Below the pieces are notes generated by a model. That model searched no databases and was not told the DNA's origin. It worked only from the letters and a program-made list of their open reading frames with translations. A DNA stretch of 32,000 nucleotides from the NCBI RefSeq assembly GCF_000025505.1, contig NC_013849.1:510001-542000 (forward strand), given 5' to 3'. The position numbers and the translations under genes are program-made. This document shows, piece by piece, positions 9,150-17,957 of the stretch. This DNA comes from Ferroglobus placidus DSM 10642 (GTDB lineage Archaea > Halobacteriota > Archaeoglobi > Archaeoglobales > Archaeoglobaceae). Position 1 is the first letter of the stretch; every line of letters begins with the position of its first letter.

Positions 9150-10397
9150 ATGGAAAACGTAGTCTGTACTTTTTGCGGAAGCGTTTGTGATGACGGCGTA
9201 TTTGAGAATGGAGACATAAGAAGACTTTGCGCCCTTGGAAAGTCCAAGTTTTCAAAAAAGGAGAGAATTAAGGCTCCGATGATCGACGGCAAGGAGGTCA
9301 GTTACGAGGAGGCAATTGAAAAAGCTGCTGAAATTCTCGTTGAAGCTAAGAGACCTCTTCTTTACGGATGGGCGTCTACTGTGAACGAAGCCATAAGGCT
9401 CGGGGTTCTTATTGCAGAAAAGGTTGGAGGAATTTACGACCAGTGTGCAAGCGTCTGTCACGCTCCGGGAACGCTGGCTTTGATAGAGGAAGGAGTTCCC
9501 GGAGGGACACTCGGTTCGGTAAAGAACAGAGCGGATGTCGTTATTTTCTGGGGAGCAAATCCGGTTGAGGCACATCCAAGACATCCGACGAGATATAGCG
9601 TTATGGCTAAGGGACTGCTCATCAAAGATAGAAAGGACAGAAAAGTCGTCGTGATCGATGTGAGAGAGACGAAAACAGCGAAGCTTGCTGATATCTTCGT
9701 TCAGATAAAGCCCGGTTACGATTACGCGATTATCTCAGCTTTAAGGGCTATCGTGAAAGGTGAGAAAATTGAAGCTGACGAGGTTGGAGGAGTGCCGGTA
9801 GAAAAGCTATACGAACTCGCTGAATTGATGATGAACGCGAAGTATGGCGTCATATTTTACGGATTAGGAGTTACGCAGTCGAGGGGAAGAGACAGAAACG
9901 TTGAAAACGCTATAAAGTTGGTTCAGCAGCTTAACAGAAAAACGAGGTGGATAATCTGGCCAATGAGAGGACATTACAACGTCGTTGGAGCTGGAGAAGT
10001 TCCGGCTTGGGAAGCTGGTTATCAGTATGCGATAGACTTCAGCAGAGGTTATCCGAGATTTTCTCCAGCTGAATTCACTGCAGTCGAGGCTTTGGTTAGA
10101 AGAGATTGCGACGCGGCATTAATTGTAGCAAGCGATCCAGCGGCTCACTTCCCGAGAAAAGCTGTGGAGCATTTAAAAAAGATTCCCGTAATTCAGATAG
10201 ATCCTCACCCCAATCTTACGACTCTTCTTTCGAACGTCGTAATTCCCTCAGCCATAGCCGGACTCGAAGCGGAAGGATCGGTTTACAGGATGGACGGAAT
10301 CGTGCTTAGAGTAAAGAAGCTTGTTGAAACCGAATACTGGAGCGACGTCCAGATTTTGGAGAAGATGTATGAGGTGGTTGTTAAAAGAGTAGGGTGA
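9150..10397 (+). CDS. fwdB: Formylmethanofuran dehydrogenase subunit B
   Basis: Fe-S motif CTFCGSVCDDG, CASVCHAPGT (Cys, not Sec, at the putative W/Mo ligand), FWGANPVEAHPRHPTRYS. Confidence 0.93.
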   Translation: MENVVCTFCGSVCDDGVFENGDIRRLCALGKSKFSKKERIKAPMIDGKEVSYEEAIEKAAEILVEAKRPLLYGWASTVNEAIRLGVLIAEKVGGIYDQCASVCHAPGTLALIEEGVPGGTLGSVKNRADVVIFWGANPVEAHPRHPTRYSVMAKGLLIKDRKDRKVVVIDVRETKTAKLADIFVQIKPGYDYAIISALRAIVKGEKIEADEVGGVPVEKLYELAELMMNAKYGVIFYGLGVTQSRGRDRNVENAIKLVQQLNRKTRWIIWPMRGHYNVVGAGEVPAWEAGYQYAIDFSRGYPRFSPAEFTAVEALVRRDCDAALIVASDPAAHFPRKAVEHLKKIPVIQIDPHPNLTTLLSNVVIPSAIAGLEAEGSVYRMDGIVLRVKKLVETEYWSDVQILEKMYEVVVKRVG

Positions 10398-10402
10398 TTT
10401 TC

Positions 10403-12085
10403 ATGCTCTGGATTAAAAACGGTATAGTTATCGATCCGAAAAACGGGATCGAAGGAGAGAAAATGGATATTTTCGTTAAAGAAGGTAAGATAGTTGAGGA
10501 AAGTGAAGTAAATAAAGAGGAATGCAAGGTTATAGACGCTTCCAACAAGCTTGTCGTTGCTGGCGGAGTTGAAATGCACTCCCACATAGCTGGAAGCAAG
10601 ATCAACACCGGCAGATCGATGAGACCCGAAGAGATGCGAGTTGTGAGAAACGTGGCTGGAAAGTTTAGAGCAGTCGTAGGGAGAGTTCTTCTAACGGCTC
10701 CAGGAATCGGTTACGAGTACGCTAAGATGGGTTACACAACGGCTGTTGAAGCGGCTTCGCCACCTATAGGAAGTCCGCACACCCACGAAGAGCTCGATGC
10801 AATACCGATCTTGGATAAAGCCGCATTACCCGTTTTCGGAAACTGGCACTTCGTTTTCAAGTTCGTCTCGGAAAAAGATCAGGAGAAGCTTCAGGCTTTC
10901 ATAGCTTGGGCTATTGAGAGAACGAAAGGTTACGGAGTGAAGATAGTAAATCCGGGTGGAGTGGAGAAGTGGATGTACGGAAGCAACGTCAGAACGCTTG
11001 ACGATGAAGTCCCCATTTACGGAGTCACTCCGAGGGAGATAATTACTGAAGTTGTTAAGGCTAACGAAGCTTTGAACTTGCCCCACTGCGTACACATTCA
11101 CTGCAACAACTTAGGTGTTCCGGGCAATTACGAAACTACGATAGAGACGATGAAACTCGTTTCTGGAATGAAAAACGAAAACAGGCCGGTTTTGCATGTT
11201 ACTCACGTTCAGTTCAACGCCTACGCTGGAAGCAGCTGGAGAGACGTTTCGAGCGGGGCTGAGGAGATAGCGAAGTACGTCAACAAAACTGACAACATCA
11301 CGATAGACATGGGTCAGCCGATATTCGGGCATGCTACCGCTATGACTGGCGACGCTCCTTTCCAGTTCACTCTCCACAGGCTAACTGGAGCGAGGTGGAG
11401 CAACAAGGACACGGAAATTGAAGGTGGAGCTGGAATTGTTCCGCTTGTTTATCTGCCTAAAAATCCGGTACACGCTTTGCAGTGGGCTATTGGCTTGGAA
11501 TTGGGATTGCTGATAGACAGCGATAAAGTTGTGATATCCACCGACTGGCCGAACGGAGGTCCTTTCACGGAGTATCCGTACATTATGGCGATGCTGATGA
11601 GCAAGAGGATGAGGGAAAAGGAGCTCGAGAGGGTAAGTCCCTACGTGCAGAAAGCTTCGAGTCTGCCGGCTATAGATACCGAAAAGACGCTCTACGAAGT
11701 CATAAAGATGAGCAGAAGCTTACCTGCTAAGATCCTCGGAATGGAGAACAAAGGTCATCTCGGAGTTGGAGCAGATGCCGATATCGCAATTTACGACATA
11801 AATCCGAACGAAGTAGATCCTTCAGTAGAGTACGAGCTGATAAACAAAGCTTTCAGAAAGCCGGCTTACACGATTAAGGGTGGGGAAATCGTCGTAAAGG
11901 ACGGAGAGCTCGTAGCTGAGACTTGGGGAAGAACTTTCTGGGTTGATGCGACGAAGAAAGTTAGCATGGAAGCTATAGAATCTGATCTCGACGAGTACTT
12001 CCAGAACTACTACTCTGTCGAGAGGATAAACTTCGGAGTCGATGAAAGGTGGGTTAAAAAGCCCGCGAGATTGGAGGTGAAATGA
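10403..12085 (+). CDS. fwdA: Formylmethanofuran dehydrogenase subunit A (amidohydrolase-like)
   Basis: GGVEMHSHIAGSKINTGR; PHCVHIHCNNLG; VLHVTHVQFNAY; STDWPNGGPFTEYP. The track begins at GTG 10394; ATG 10403 follows GGGTGA with good spacing. Confidence 0.94.
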   Translation: MLWIKNGIVIDPKNGIEGEKMDIFVKEGKIVEESEVNKEECKVIDASNKLVVAGGVEMHSHIAGSKINTGRSMRPEEMRVVRNVAGKFRAVVGRVLLTAPGIGYEYAKMGYTTAVEAASPPIGSPHTHEELDAIPILDKAALPVFGNWHFVFKFVSEKDQEKLQAFIAWAIERTKGYGVKIVNPGGVEKWMYGSNVRTLDDEVPIYGVTPREIITEVVKANEALNLPHCVHIHCNNLGVPGNYETTIETMKLVSGMKNENRPVLHVTHVQFNAYAGSSWRDVSSGAEEIAKYVNKTDNITIDMGQPIFGHATAMTGDAPFQFTLHRLTGARWSNKDTEIEGGAGIVPLVYLPKNPVHALQWAIGLELGLLIDSDKVVISTDWPNGGPFTEYPYIMAMLMSKRMREKELERVSPYVQKASSLPAIDTEKTLYEVIKMSRSLPAKILGMENKGHLGVGADADIAIYDINPNEVDPSVEYELINKAFRKPAYTIKGGEIVVKDGELVAETWGRTFWVDATKKVSMEAIESDLDEYFQNYYSVERINFGVDERWVKKPARLEVK

Positions 12086-12789
12086 TGCTGATTTTAAAAC
12101 CTAAGAAGGACTTCGAAGTTAGTGTAGAGGCTGAAATTACTCCGGATCTTGCTGAGAAGAGCGAAGAGGAAATTAAAAACTTTGAAGTCTGGTACGGAAA
12201 ATACAAGGTTAAGCTTGGTGAGCTTTTCGAAATAAAGAAGGAGGGAGACGAGAAAAAGCTCGTACTCGAAGGGGATTTCTCGAGAGTGAAGTGGATCGGC
12301 AGGGGGATGCCCGACGGAGAAATTATAGTGAAAGGTAGCGTCGGCGCTCACTGCGGAGCTTTCATGTCTGGAGGAAAAATAGTCGTTGAAGGAAACGCTG
12401 ACGACTGGCTCGGTGCTGAGATGAGCGGTGGAGAGATTGTCGTAAAAGGAAACGCGAAAAACCTCGTTGGTTGCGCTTACTACGGAGACCTCGAAGGAAT
12501 GAAGGGTGGAAAGATTCTGATTGAAGGAAACGCGGGAAACTACATAGGAGAAAAGATGGCTGGGGGAGAAATAGAGATTAAGGGTAACGCCGGAGACTTC
12601 GTAGGGACGGAAATGAAAAACGGAACGATAATCGTTCACGGAGACTGCGGATTCGTCGGGGGGGACATGAAAGGGGGGACTATAAAAATCGGAGGAAAGT
12701 TCGATCTTCTTCCGAGCTTTAAAAAAGCCGAGGACGGGTGGGTAGGAGATATAAACGTTGGAGGGGAAGGTAAGATAGTTAAAATTTAA
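12082..12789 (+). CDS. fwdC: Formylmethanofuran dehydrogenase subunit C
   Basis: GXXXGXXXG beta-helix repeats (GAHCGAFMSGGKIVVEGNADDWLGAEMSGGEIVVKGNAKNLVG...); ATGA overlap with fwdA. Confidence 0.94.
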   Translation: MMLILKPKKDFEVSVEAEITPDLAEKSEEEIKNFEVWYGKYKVKLGELFEIKKEGDEKKLVLEGDFSRVKWIGRGMPDGEIIVKGSVGAHCGAFMSGGKIVVEGNADDWLGAEMSGGEIVVKGNAKNLVGCAYYGDLEGMKGGKILIEGNAGNYIGEKMAGGEIEIKGNAGDFVGTEMKNGTIIVHGDCGFVGGDMKGGTIKIGGKFDLLPSFKKAEDGWVGDINVGGEGKIVKI

Positions 12790-13489
12790 TTTTCTCTTTT
12801 ATCTCCTTTGCCTTAACAACAGCTGTGTGGCTGACGAATCTCGGCAGGTATCTCTTTAGCATTTCGCAGTCCACGTCTATCTCCGGCAATTCAGCTTGCA
12901 TGCTCCCCACTTCTACCACTTCAACCTCTCTACCCTTCGCCCACTCCTTCAAAGCATTTATAAACGGCTCCGACTCGTTTTTTCCGTAAAATATTACCGC
13001 ATCCTTTTTCCTCTCGGGAGGATTTAACTTTTCGAGTATTTTGAAGAGAACTCCCCTTTCAGCTTCCCTAACCTTGCAGGAATTCAAAAGGAGCATGAAC
13101 TTGGCAACGTCGGCAACCCTCTTCATTAAAGGAGGGGAAATTGCAAAGGCGAAGTCTGCGGAAGATTTTAGAGCGAGCAACCCTCCGAGGCTGTGTCCTA
13201 TTGCGTAAACTTTTTTGTAGCTCTCCTTCAGCTCTTTCACAGCGCCTTCCACATCGTTTAAAACATGCTCATCCAGAGGATTCTCGTTTTCTCCGTGACC
13301 TCTCAAGTCTATGCAGAAGCAGTCGTAGCCCTTTTCAGCGAGATCGTAAGCAAGTTCGACGAATTCCCCTTTCGAAGAAGAGTATCCGTGGATCAGTAGG
13401 AAAGCTTCATTGGAATTTGAGCCGAGTTTGAAAGATGGAACTTCTTTTCCGTCAAGGCTCTTTAAAAAAATTTTTGAAATTTGAATCAT
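12779..13489 (-). CDS. Alpha/beta hydrolase (serine aminopeptidase/lysophospholipase-like)
   Basis: [20 protein letters not shown], nucleophile elbow GHSLGG, C-terminal His RFVSHTAV; ATGA overlap with mch. Confidence 0.87.
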   Translation of the reverse strand: MIQISKIFLKSLDGKEVPSFKLGSNSNEAFLLIHGYSSSKGEFVELAYDLAEKGYDCFCIDLRGHGENENPLDEHVLNDVEGAVKELKESYKKVYAIGHSLGGLLALKSSADFAFAISPPLMKRVADVAKFMLLLNSCKVREAERGVLFKILEKLNPPERKKDAVIFYGKNESEPFINALKEWAKGREVEVVEVGSMQAELPEIDVDCEMLKRYLPRFVSHTAVVKAKEIKEKIKF

Positions 13490-14445
13490 TCTTTCACGAC
13501 CTGGTAGCTTTTGAGGAGAACTTCTGCGTTAAGCTTTCCGTGGACGTAGGTTTTTCCGCTTGAGAGGTCGTTGAAAGCTACTAAAGCCGGAGCGAAGAGG
13601 TGAGGATCGATCTTGTAGAAGTCGTAGTTTGCCTCTTTGAAGATCTCGAAGAAGGGCTTTCCGTAGTCTCTGCTTGTGGAACTCGGAACGTTCTTCAGAA
13701 TTTCGTCGTACTCCTTGATCGTTAAGAAAACGCTTCCGTAGTACATCATGCTGTCGTTCGTAGCTCCCATCGCTTTGAGGTCGTCCTCAAGAACCGGAGC
13801 TATGGGACACTTTCCGGCTCCGCTCACGATCTTCTTCGGATCGTAGCCGATTTCCGCCATCTTATATATTGCGGTTTCAACTATTCTTCCAGAAATTTGC
13901 ACGCTTCCGACGATGCTGGCAGTTGGAGCTACCAAAGCGTACACGTCTTCAGGCTTTACTCCGCACTCCTTCGCTATGTACTCCATAACTTTCTCATCTG
14001 GAAGCTTGCTGGCTTCTAACGCTATAACCGCATAGTCCGCATCGTCTTCATATTCAATCTGCTCGTAAGTTTTCTTCGGCTTTAAAGCCAGAGCTCTTGC
14101 CGGTCCGCTGCCCATTGCAAAGTACTTGTCCACTTTTATAGCCCAGCCAGCTTTCTGGCTGCCGAGGCAGGCTATGGCTGGAAAGTCTGTGTACTCGTAG
14201 ATGAACATGAAAGGTATTCCCTCTATTTCTTCAACTCCAATGTTTATCTCAGCCAAACCCCCCATGCAGACGAGTGTGTAGAGCTTTCCAGCTTCTATGC
14301 TTCCCTCCACATTCACTCCGCAGTCAATAACAACAGCCCCGTTGTCGAGCTTTTTCGACTCGATTCTCAACTCCTCTTCGTAGTCTAACATCTCCTCGAC
14401 AATCTCCAAAGCAAGCTCGTTTACGCTAACCATTTCTACCACCAA
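13486..14445 (-). CDS. mch: N5,N10-methenyltetrahydromethanopterin cyclohydrolase
   Basis: Whole-protein recognition: [23 protein letters not shown]...[28 protein letters not shown]...[10 protein letters not shown]; genomic linkage to fwdDBAC. Confidence 0.93.
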   Translation of the reverse strand: MVVEMVSVNELALEIVEEMLDYEEELRIESKKLDNGAVVIDCGVNVEGSIEAGKLYTLVCMGGLAEINIGVEEIEGIPFMFIYEYTDFPAIACLGSQKAGWAIKVDKYFAMGSGPARALALKPKKTYEQIEYEDDADYAVIALEASKLPDEKVMEYIAKECGVKPEDVYALVAPTASIVGSVQISGRIVETAIYKMAEIGYDPKKIVSGAGKCPIAPVLEDDLKAMGATNDSMMYYGSVFLTIKEYDEILKNVPSSTSRDYGKPFFEIFKEANYDFYKIDPHLFAPALVAFNDLSSGKTYVHGKLNAEVLLKSYQVVKE

Positions 14446-14475
14446 GAGATGAATTATAAGTGAAATTTTAAAACT

Positions 14476-15369
14476 TTATGATTTTTCTCCTCTTTTTTCT
14501 GCTATGTAACCCGAAATTCCTTCTATGGCATTTGAAATAAAGATGTCCTCCCTCTCCTTAACATCGTCATCGAGTTTTTGATAGCGTGAAAACCTTTCGT
14601 CCCTCTTTAACAGCTCCTCCTTTATTTCCTCCTTTTCTTTCCCGAACATCTCTTCGACGACTTCTGTCCACAGCTTTATCTGATTCTCGGCCTCTTTCAA
14701 AACCTCTTCGCTATTCTCTCTCATACCAAAATGACCGAACATAGCCTTTTTTCTTCCGAAGCCCTTCAGCTTCTCTATAGATTCGAGGTAAACGTCTAAG
14801 AAGAACTTCGGCGGCGTGGCTGGACGCATGTAGTAATCTTCTTCAAGAGGTTGGTGAACTCCGCAAGCCTCTCCAAGGAAAAGGAAGTCGTCAACGACAA
14901 AGGAAACGTGATGAGGTGCATGCCCCGGAGTTTCGACAATTTCGACATCGTATCCAGCGAAATCGACCTTGTTCGTGAAAAAGCTCTCTTTTACCGGCTT
15001 TATCTCTCCGTAGTTCTCGGCTATCTTTCCGAGGACTTTTAAGCTACCTTTCCAGAGGGCTTCCGGATTTATAAGGTGCTTCTTCCCCTTCTCGCTCACG
15101 ACGACTTTAGCTTCTGGATGTATTGCAAGAAAATCTCCGAGCCCTCCGGCGTGGTCTATGTGGATGTGGGTAATCAAAACGTACTCGACCTTCTCAACCC
15201 CGAGCTTTTTTAAGCTCTCTTCGAGAAGAGGTATCGTCGACGCCGGACCGACATCCACAAGCAGCGCTTTATTTCCTTCTTGCAAAACCCACGAGGAGAT
15301 GAAATTCCTGAAACCCCTCATTTTTTGCGGCAAATCGATGAGCTTCACACTTCCGAAATCGAGAATCAT
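14476..15369 (-). CDS. Metallo-beta-lactamase fold hydrolase
   Basis: THIHIDHAGG, ETPGHAPHHVSF, FLGEA, GHFG. Likely start is ATG at 15369 (MILDFGSVKLIDLPQ); the upstream part of the track ORF is antisense to cbiX. Confidence 0.88.
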   Translation of the reverse strand: MILDFGSVKLIDLPQKMRGFRNFISSWVLQEGNKALLVDVGPASTIPLLEESLKKLGVEKVEYVLITHIHIDHAGGLGDFLAIHPEAKVVVSEKGKKHLINPEALWKGSLKVLGKIAENYGEIKPVKESFFTNKVDFAGYDVEIVETPGHAPHHVSFVVDDFLFLGEACGVHQPLEEDYYMRPATPPKFFLDVYLESIEKLKGFGRKKAMFGHFGMRENSEEVLKEAENQIKLWTEVVEEMFGKEKEEIKEELLKRDERFSRYQKLDDDVKEREDIFISNAIEGISGYIAEKRGEKS

Positions 15370-15417
15370 ATCTTCTCTTATTCTGAAGAGAATATGAGGT
15401 TTGCGAAAACGTATTAA

Positions 15418-15810
15418 ATGCGAGGAAGATGTTCGGGCATGAAGGGGTTGCTTATAGTCGGGCACGGAAGCGAAAAGTCTCATTACGCTAAGGTGATGGA
15501 AATTCACAAAGAGAGGATAGAGAAGATGGGGATTTTCGACGAAGTTGAGATATGCTACGTGGCGAGAAACAGAAAGCCAACTCCGGATGAGGCTGTTAGA
15601 AAAATGAAGAGTGACGAGATCTACGTCGTTCCAATTCTCATTTCGAAGGGCATTCACTTCACCGAAGACCTTCCGGCATTCTTCAACTTTAAACCGGGGC
15701 AGAGAGAAGGGGTGTTTGACGGAAAAAGGATAGTTATATGCGATCCGATAGGGGAAGATCGCTTTGTAACCCTCGCAATAATTAATGCGGTCTTCAAGCT
15801 CCTCGAATAG
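15418..15810 (+). CDS. cbiX: Short-form sirohydrochlorin cobaltochelatase
   Basis: LLIVGHGSEKSHYAKVMEIHKERIE...FDEVEICYVARNRKPTPDEA...IYVVPILISKGIHFTEDLP; true start may be ATG 15439. Confidence 0.88.
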   Translation: MRGRCSGMKGLLIVGHGSEKSHYAKVMEIHKERIEKMGIFDEVEICYVARNRKPTPDEAVRKMKSDEIYVVPILISKGIHFTEDLPAFFNFKPGQREGVFDGKRIVICDPIGEDRFVTLAIINAVFKLLE

Positions 15811-15811
15811 T

Positions 15812-16216
15812 CTACTCCTCGAGGATTACTGTGAAGGTTCTTGGACCGTGCACGCCGAATATAAGCTTTCCTTCTATGTCTGCAGTCTTGGAGGGAGAAC
15901 TTGAAGCAAATACGAAATCTCCCTTGGATAGGGCGTGGAAGTATGCTGAGATAACGTCTTTCTTTACATCTCTCTTCCACACCACCGCAACGTGATGATC
16001 CGCTAAAGCCGCCTTTTTTCTATTTTCCAGACCTACGAAAAATAGAATTCCTGCATCTTCTGCCGCGCTTGCCGCTTCGCAAACAAAAGCGTTAACGAAT
16101 TTTTTAGCATCTTCGATTGGATTTTTCGAGAAGATAACTTCCGCTCCGTTTCTTTTTAAAGCTTCTGCAAGCTTTTTCGGAGAGTAGCAAAATAAGGTGG
16201 AGGTTCCGGAGTTCAG
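15812..16216 (-). CDS. LUD-domain (LutC/DUF162-like) protein, 134 aa, apparently using a CTG start
   Basis: Hand translation: [133 protein letters not shown]. The C-terminus [19 protein letters not shown] matches the LUD signature. CTG at 16216..16214 overlaps the PAN TGA as CTGA and is preceded by GGAGTGAT. Absent from the ORF track. Confidence 0.72.
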   Translation of the reverse strand: MNSGTSTLFCYSPKKLAEALKRNGAEVIFSKNPIEDAKKFVNAFVCEAASAAEDAGILFFVGLENRKKAALADHHVAVVWKRDVKKDVISAYFHALSKGDFVFASSSPSKTADIEGKLIFGVHGPRTFTVILEE

Positions 16217-17415
16217 ACGAACATCACTCCTTTCACTTCGAAGTTAACCGGCTTAACTCCTTTCCTCATGACCTTTTCTATCGCTTTGAGGAAGTCCTCC
16301 ATCGTAACTTTCGTTCTTTCGTTCTTTATCGCGTACATGCCGGCTTCTGTCACTATTGCCTTTATATCAGCCCCGCTCGCACCTTCCGTCATTCTTGCAA
16401 GCTCTCTCAGGTCGACATCTTCGGCGAGCTTCATGTTTCTCGTGTGGATCTGGAATATCTGGTATCTTCCCTCCTCGTTCGGTAGCGGAACTTCTATTAT
16501 TCTGTCAAACCTTCCCGGGCGCAGTATTGCTGGATCGAGAATGTCAATTCTGTTCGTCGCTCCGATGATCTTCACGTCTCCTCTCGGGTTGAATCCGTCC
16601 ATCTCGGCTAAAAGCTGCATCAAAGTTCTTTGCACTTCCCTATCTCCGCTCGTATCCGATGCGGTTCTTCTTGCCGCGATTGCATCTATTTCGTCGATGA
16701 ATATTATGCTCGGTGCTTTCTCTCTTGCCAACTGGAAGACTTCCCTGACGAGCCTTGCTCCCTCTCCGATGTACTTCTGGACGAACTCGCTGCCAACGAC
16801 TCTTATGAACGTCGCGTTTGTTTCGGTAGCCACAGCTTTAGCGAGCAAAGTCTTACCGGTTCCTGGCGGTCCGTAAAGCAAAACTCCTTTAGGCGGCTCT
16901 ATTCCTATCTCTTCGAAGAGGTGCGGTTTGAGGAGAGGTAGTTCAATAGCTTCTCTGATCTCTTCAATTTGCTTTTCGAGACCGCCAATATCTGTGTATC
17001 TAACGTTGGGTTTTTCATCAACCTCGAAAGCGTAAACCATCGGATCTTTCGACTGAGGAAGGACGCTAACTATGGCAAGGGTTTGCTGATTTAAAGCCAC
17101 TCTAACTCCTGGCTTTAAATCAGCGGGATTAACGTAAGTTGAAGCGTGAACGACGAATTTGGGACCGGTAGAACTTTTAACTATAACTCTTCCGTCTTCA
17201 AGGACGTCCGAGACGGTTCCAACCAGTAAGGGAGGTGATCTTAATCTTTCTATCTCGCTTCTCAACCTTCTTACTTCTCTTTCGTACCTAATCCTCTCAG
17301 ACTCAACGTACCTCTTCTCATCTTCAAGCCTTCTGTAAAGTTCCTTTAACCTTTCGTACTCCTCCTCAAGCTGCCTTAACCTTTGCATCAGGTATTCCAT
17401 CGTTTCCGAAGACAT
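16213..17415 (-). CDS. pan: Proteasome-activating nucleotidase (AAA+ ATPase)
   Basis: Coiled coil, OB domain, Walker [14 protein letters not shown], Walker [34 protein letters not shown]. The track start at 17448 is a TTG; ATG 17415 ([20 protein letters not shown]) has an AAGGTG Shine-Dalgarno. Confidence 0.95.
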   Translation of the reverse strand: MSSETMEYLMQRLRQLEEEYERLKELYRRLEDEKRYVESERIRYEREVRRLRSEIERLRSPPLLVGTVSDVLEDGRVIVKSSTGPKFVVHASTYVNPADLKPGVRVALNQQTLAIVSVLPQSKDPMVYAFEVDEKPNVRYTDIGGLEKQIEEIREAIELPLLKPHLFEEIGIEPPKGVLLYGPPGTGKTLLAKAVATETNATFIRVVGSEFVQKYIGEGARLVREVFQLAREKAPSIIFIDEIDAIAARRTASDTSGDREVQRTLMQLLAEMDGFNPRGDVKIIGATNRIDILDPAILRPGRFDRIIEVPLPNEEGRYQIFQIHTRNMKLAEDVDLRELARMTEGASGADIKAIVTEAGMYAIKNERTKVTMEDFLKAIEKVMRKGVKPVNFEVKGVMFV

Positions 17416-17495
17416 ATCAACACCTTCGCTCAACTCCGGAACCTCCAAAATACTATATATGCGAACTACTATAAGTATTTATTGGAGGTTTCACG

Positions 17496-17957
17496 ATGCA
17501 ATGCGAAATATGCGGGAGGGAAATCCACGGGAGAGGGCATACGATTGTCGTTGAAGGAAGCGAAATGACCGTCTGTTCCCTTTGCAAAGACTACGGAGAG
17601 GAGAAATCGACGGTAGTTCAGCACGGAGTTGTTAAAGTCGTGAAAAAAGAGAAGAAGGTGAAGCCGATAGAATTTACGGAGGAACTTGTGGAAAATTACA
17701 ACGAGATAATCAGAAGGGAGAGAGAAAGGAGGGGCTGGAGTCAGGAGGAGCTTGCGAAGAAGATTCAGGAAAAAGCTTCGCTGATTAGGAAGATAGAAAA
17801 TAAGGAGATAACTCCGGAGCCCGAAGTGGTGGAAAAGCTTGAGAGAATTCTTGAAGTGAAGCTCAGAGAGAAGGTTGAGGAGGTAAAGGTTCAGGGAAGA
17901 AAGATCGAAAACCTGACTCTTGGAGATGTGGTGATAATCAGGAAAAAGAAGAAATGA
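17496..17957 (+). CDS. Archaeal multiprotein bridging factor 1 (zinc ribbon plus HTH)
   Basis: CEICGREI...CSLCKDYG zinc site; HTH RRERERRGWSQEELAKKIQEKASLIRKIENKEITP; GGAGG 7 nt before the ATG. Confidence 0.92.
   Translation: MQCEICGREIHGRGHTIVVEGSEMTVCSLCKDYGEEKSTVVQHGVVKVVKKEKKVKPIEFTEELVENYNEIIRRERERRGWSQEELAKKIQEKASLIRKIENKEITPEPEVVEKLERILEVKLREKVEEVKVQGRKIENLTLGDVVIIRKKKK

Noticed and set aside
11111-11377. 88-aa minus-strand ORF inside fwdA (and similar ORFs such as 10826..11101)
   Set aside because: Fully antisense within a strongly recognisable fwdA; no family similarity or independent RBS.
12361-12630. Regular repeats in fwdC considered as a DNA repeat array or CRISPR-like element
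   Set aside because: The periodicity is at protein level (GxxxGxxMxGGxIxxxG beta-helix turns) with diverged codons, typical of FwdC.
12094-12639. 181-aa minus-strand ORF opposite fwdC
   Set aside because: Long only because fwdC is a regular repeat protein lacking reverse-strand stops; translation is low-complexity Ser/Phe/Asn-rich.
15370-15657. N-terminal extension of the metallo-beta-lactamase ORF to 15657
   Set aside because: The extension is antisense to cbiX; the recognisable domain begins after ATG 15369.
15654-15980. 108-aa minus-strand ORF in the supplied track
   Set aside because: Overlaps both cbiX (antisense) and the hidden LUD frame; Arg/Ser-rich with no signature. The 15812..16216 frame is the coding one.
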